This document shows positions 63,115 to 64,000 of a DNA stretch of 64,000 nucleotides, piece by piece. Every line of letters begins with the position of its first letter. Positions within the stretch are counted from its first letter, which is position 1. Under the pieces are notes generated by a model. It was not told the origin of the DNA, made no database searches, and worked only from the letters and a program-made list of their open reading frames with translations. Source of the stretch: an uncultured Alphaproteobacteria bacterium (GTDB lineage: Bacteria; Pseudomonadota; Alphaproteobacteria; Rhizobiales; Xanthobacteraceae); NCBI GenBank assembly GCA_963707615.1, contig CAVPQT010000005.1, positions 11,850 through 75,849 on the forward strand, in the 5' to 3' direction. The translations under genes and the position numbers were made by a program.

Positions 63115-64000
63115 TCATTTGCGTCCCACCGACTCCGCGTTGGCCATCTTGTCGAGCGCTGCTCGTACACCCCGGGCGAGTTTCAGTGCGTCGTCGTTCG
63201 CCCAGAAGTGCATGAAAAACAAGCGCGGTTGTTCATCGAGCATGTGGCTGTGAAGCGCCGTGACTTCGATCCCGTTCGCACGCAAGGCGTGGATCACCGG
63301 ATTGACTTCCGTTGGCGCCAGAACGAAATCCCCCGTTATTGCTGCTTTGCCAGCGCTGGTTGGTTGGAAATTGATGCCGGTGGCTAGACCAAGCGCAGCG
63401 GCCGGATCCAGAGACATCCCATTCTCGGTAATGGAATCTCGTCGGGGAATACCGAATTGATAAACACCGCCCACGGATTTGCCTTTGACGCCGACGATAC
63501 GGTCGAGTTCTGCCGTGTCGAGGGCAACATCTGCCGCCGCTGCAGCCGACGGGGGAGTCAGTGGAGTCTTGCTTGCCGCGAGCGCCGTATGCAGCGCACT
63601 TGCGAGTTTCACAGGATCGCCGTGTCCGCTGACGTGCATGTAGAACGTTGCCGGGTTCGCGCGCAAAACATGATTGTGGATCGCGGTGATTTCGAGTCCA
63701 TTTTCAATAGCCGCTGTCATTACGGGCGTGATCTCGCTTTCAAGCAAAACCAGATCACCCATCATCATCACGCCACCATGGACCGGTTTGAAAGCCGTCC
63801 ATCCACCGAGCGCCAATGCAGGCTTTATCGTCACCCCGTCCAGCGTCACGTTCAAATCAGTGCGCGGAAAGCCGTATCGATGAACGTCAGCGGTTACAGC
63901 CGCAGAACGTCCAAGTGTGTCATCGATTTTTTTCCAATCAATTTCCTGAGCTGCGGCCCCGCCGCCCACGACAAGCGCGGTCGCCAAAATAACAATACCT
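63115..64000 (-). CDS. DUF1259 (LppY/LpqO-like) secreted protein, 5' end beyond the window
   Basis: Two internal repeats (ITPVMTAAIENGLEITAIHNHVL / VNPVIHALRANGIEVTALHSHML). The frame stays open to the window edge through a signal-peptide-like ...GIVILATALVVGGGAAAQE. Confidence 0.75.
   Translation of the reverse strand, partial: GIVILATALVVGGGAAAQEIDWKKIDDTLGRSAAVTADVHRYGFPRTDLNVTLDGVTIKPALALGGWTAFKPVHGGVMMMGDLVLLESEITPVMTAAIENGLEITAIHNHVLRANPATFYMHVSGHGDPVKLASALHTALAASKTPLTPPSAAAAADVALDTAELDRIVGVKGKSVGGVYQFGIPRRDSITENGMSLDPAAALGLATGINFQPTSAGKAAITGDFVLAPTEVNPVIHALRANGIEVTALHSHMLDEQPRLFFMHFWANDDALKLARGVRAALDKMANAESVGRK

Noticed and set aside
1-64000. CRISPR arrays, rRNA genes, IS elements, prophage or known defence-system genes
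   Set aside because: Reading both strands, I saw no regularly spaced direct repeats, no transposase/integrase/recombinase motifs, and no nuclease/helicase/methylase clusters typical of defence islands.

Overview
This is a high-GC alphaproteobacterial chromosome segment. Gene content and order look like Bradyrhizobiaceae/Nitrobacteraceae core genome: ftsEX, lysA-argH-tlpA, hbd-etfAB, metZ, apaG-hslO-argF-argD, gcrA, phoR-pstSCAB-phoU-phoB, PF04392-type orphan binding proteins, DUF3551. I call about 70 protein genes and one tRNA-Gly(CCC). I saw no rRNA, CRISPR array, transposase, integrase or phage gene. Most of the window is ordinary housekeeping, and I found no convincing defence island or mobile element. 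Six things go beyond routine annotation. (1) An ECF sigma/anti-sigma module at 53.6-55.9 kb has an identical 32-nt promoter-like element (TTGAACC-N16-CGACCCATG) on both strands of its upstream gap. One copy faces the sigma gene. The other faces a hidden 76-codon gene for a His/Trp-rich secreted mini-protein with its own terminator. The genes downstream of the operon look decayed (truncated protease-like ORF, frameshifted reductase). (2) A perfect 16-bp palindrome TTGGAC-N4-GTCCAA occurs three times, always in promoter or intergenic DNA (27467, 27530, 57543). (3) The metZ leader can fold as a SAM-II-like pseudoknot followed by mutually exclusive antiterminator/terminator hairpins. (4) An orphan two-hairpin intrinsic terminator lies between argD and gcrA (candidate sRNA), next to a GANTC cluster upstream of gcrA and a 7-codon Arg-Arg-Arg uORF before argD. 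(5) There is a binding-protein/receiver/Cache-HAMP-GAF-GAF kinase unit, and a split OpgC + two SGNH unit. (6) Several sub-60-codon genes are missed by the ORF track, including a clear DUF3606 gene. All family names come from motif recognition by eye and memory. No database search or folding program was run.
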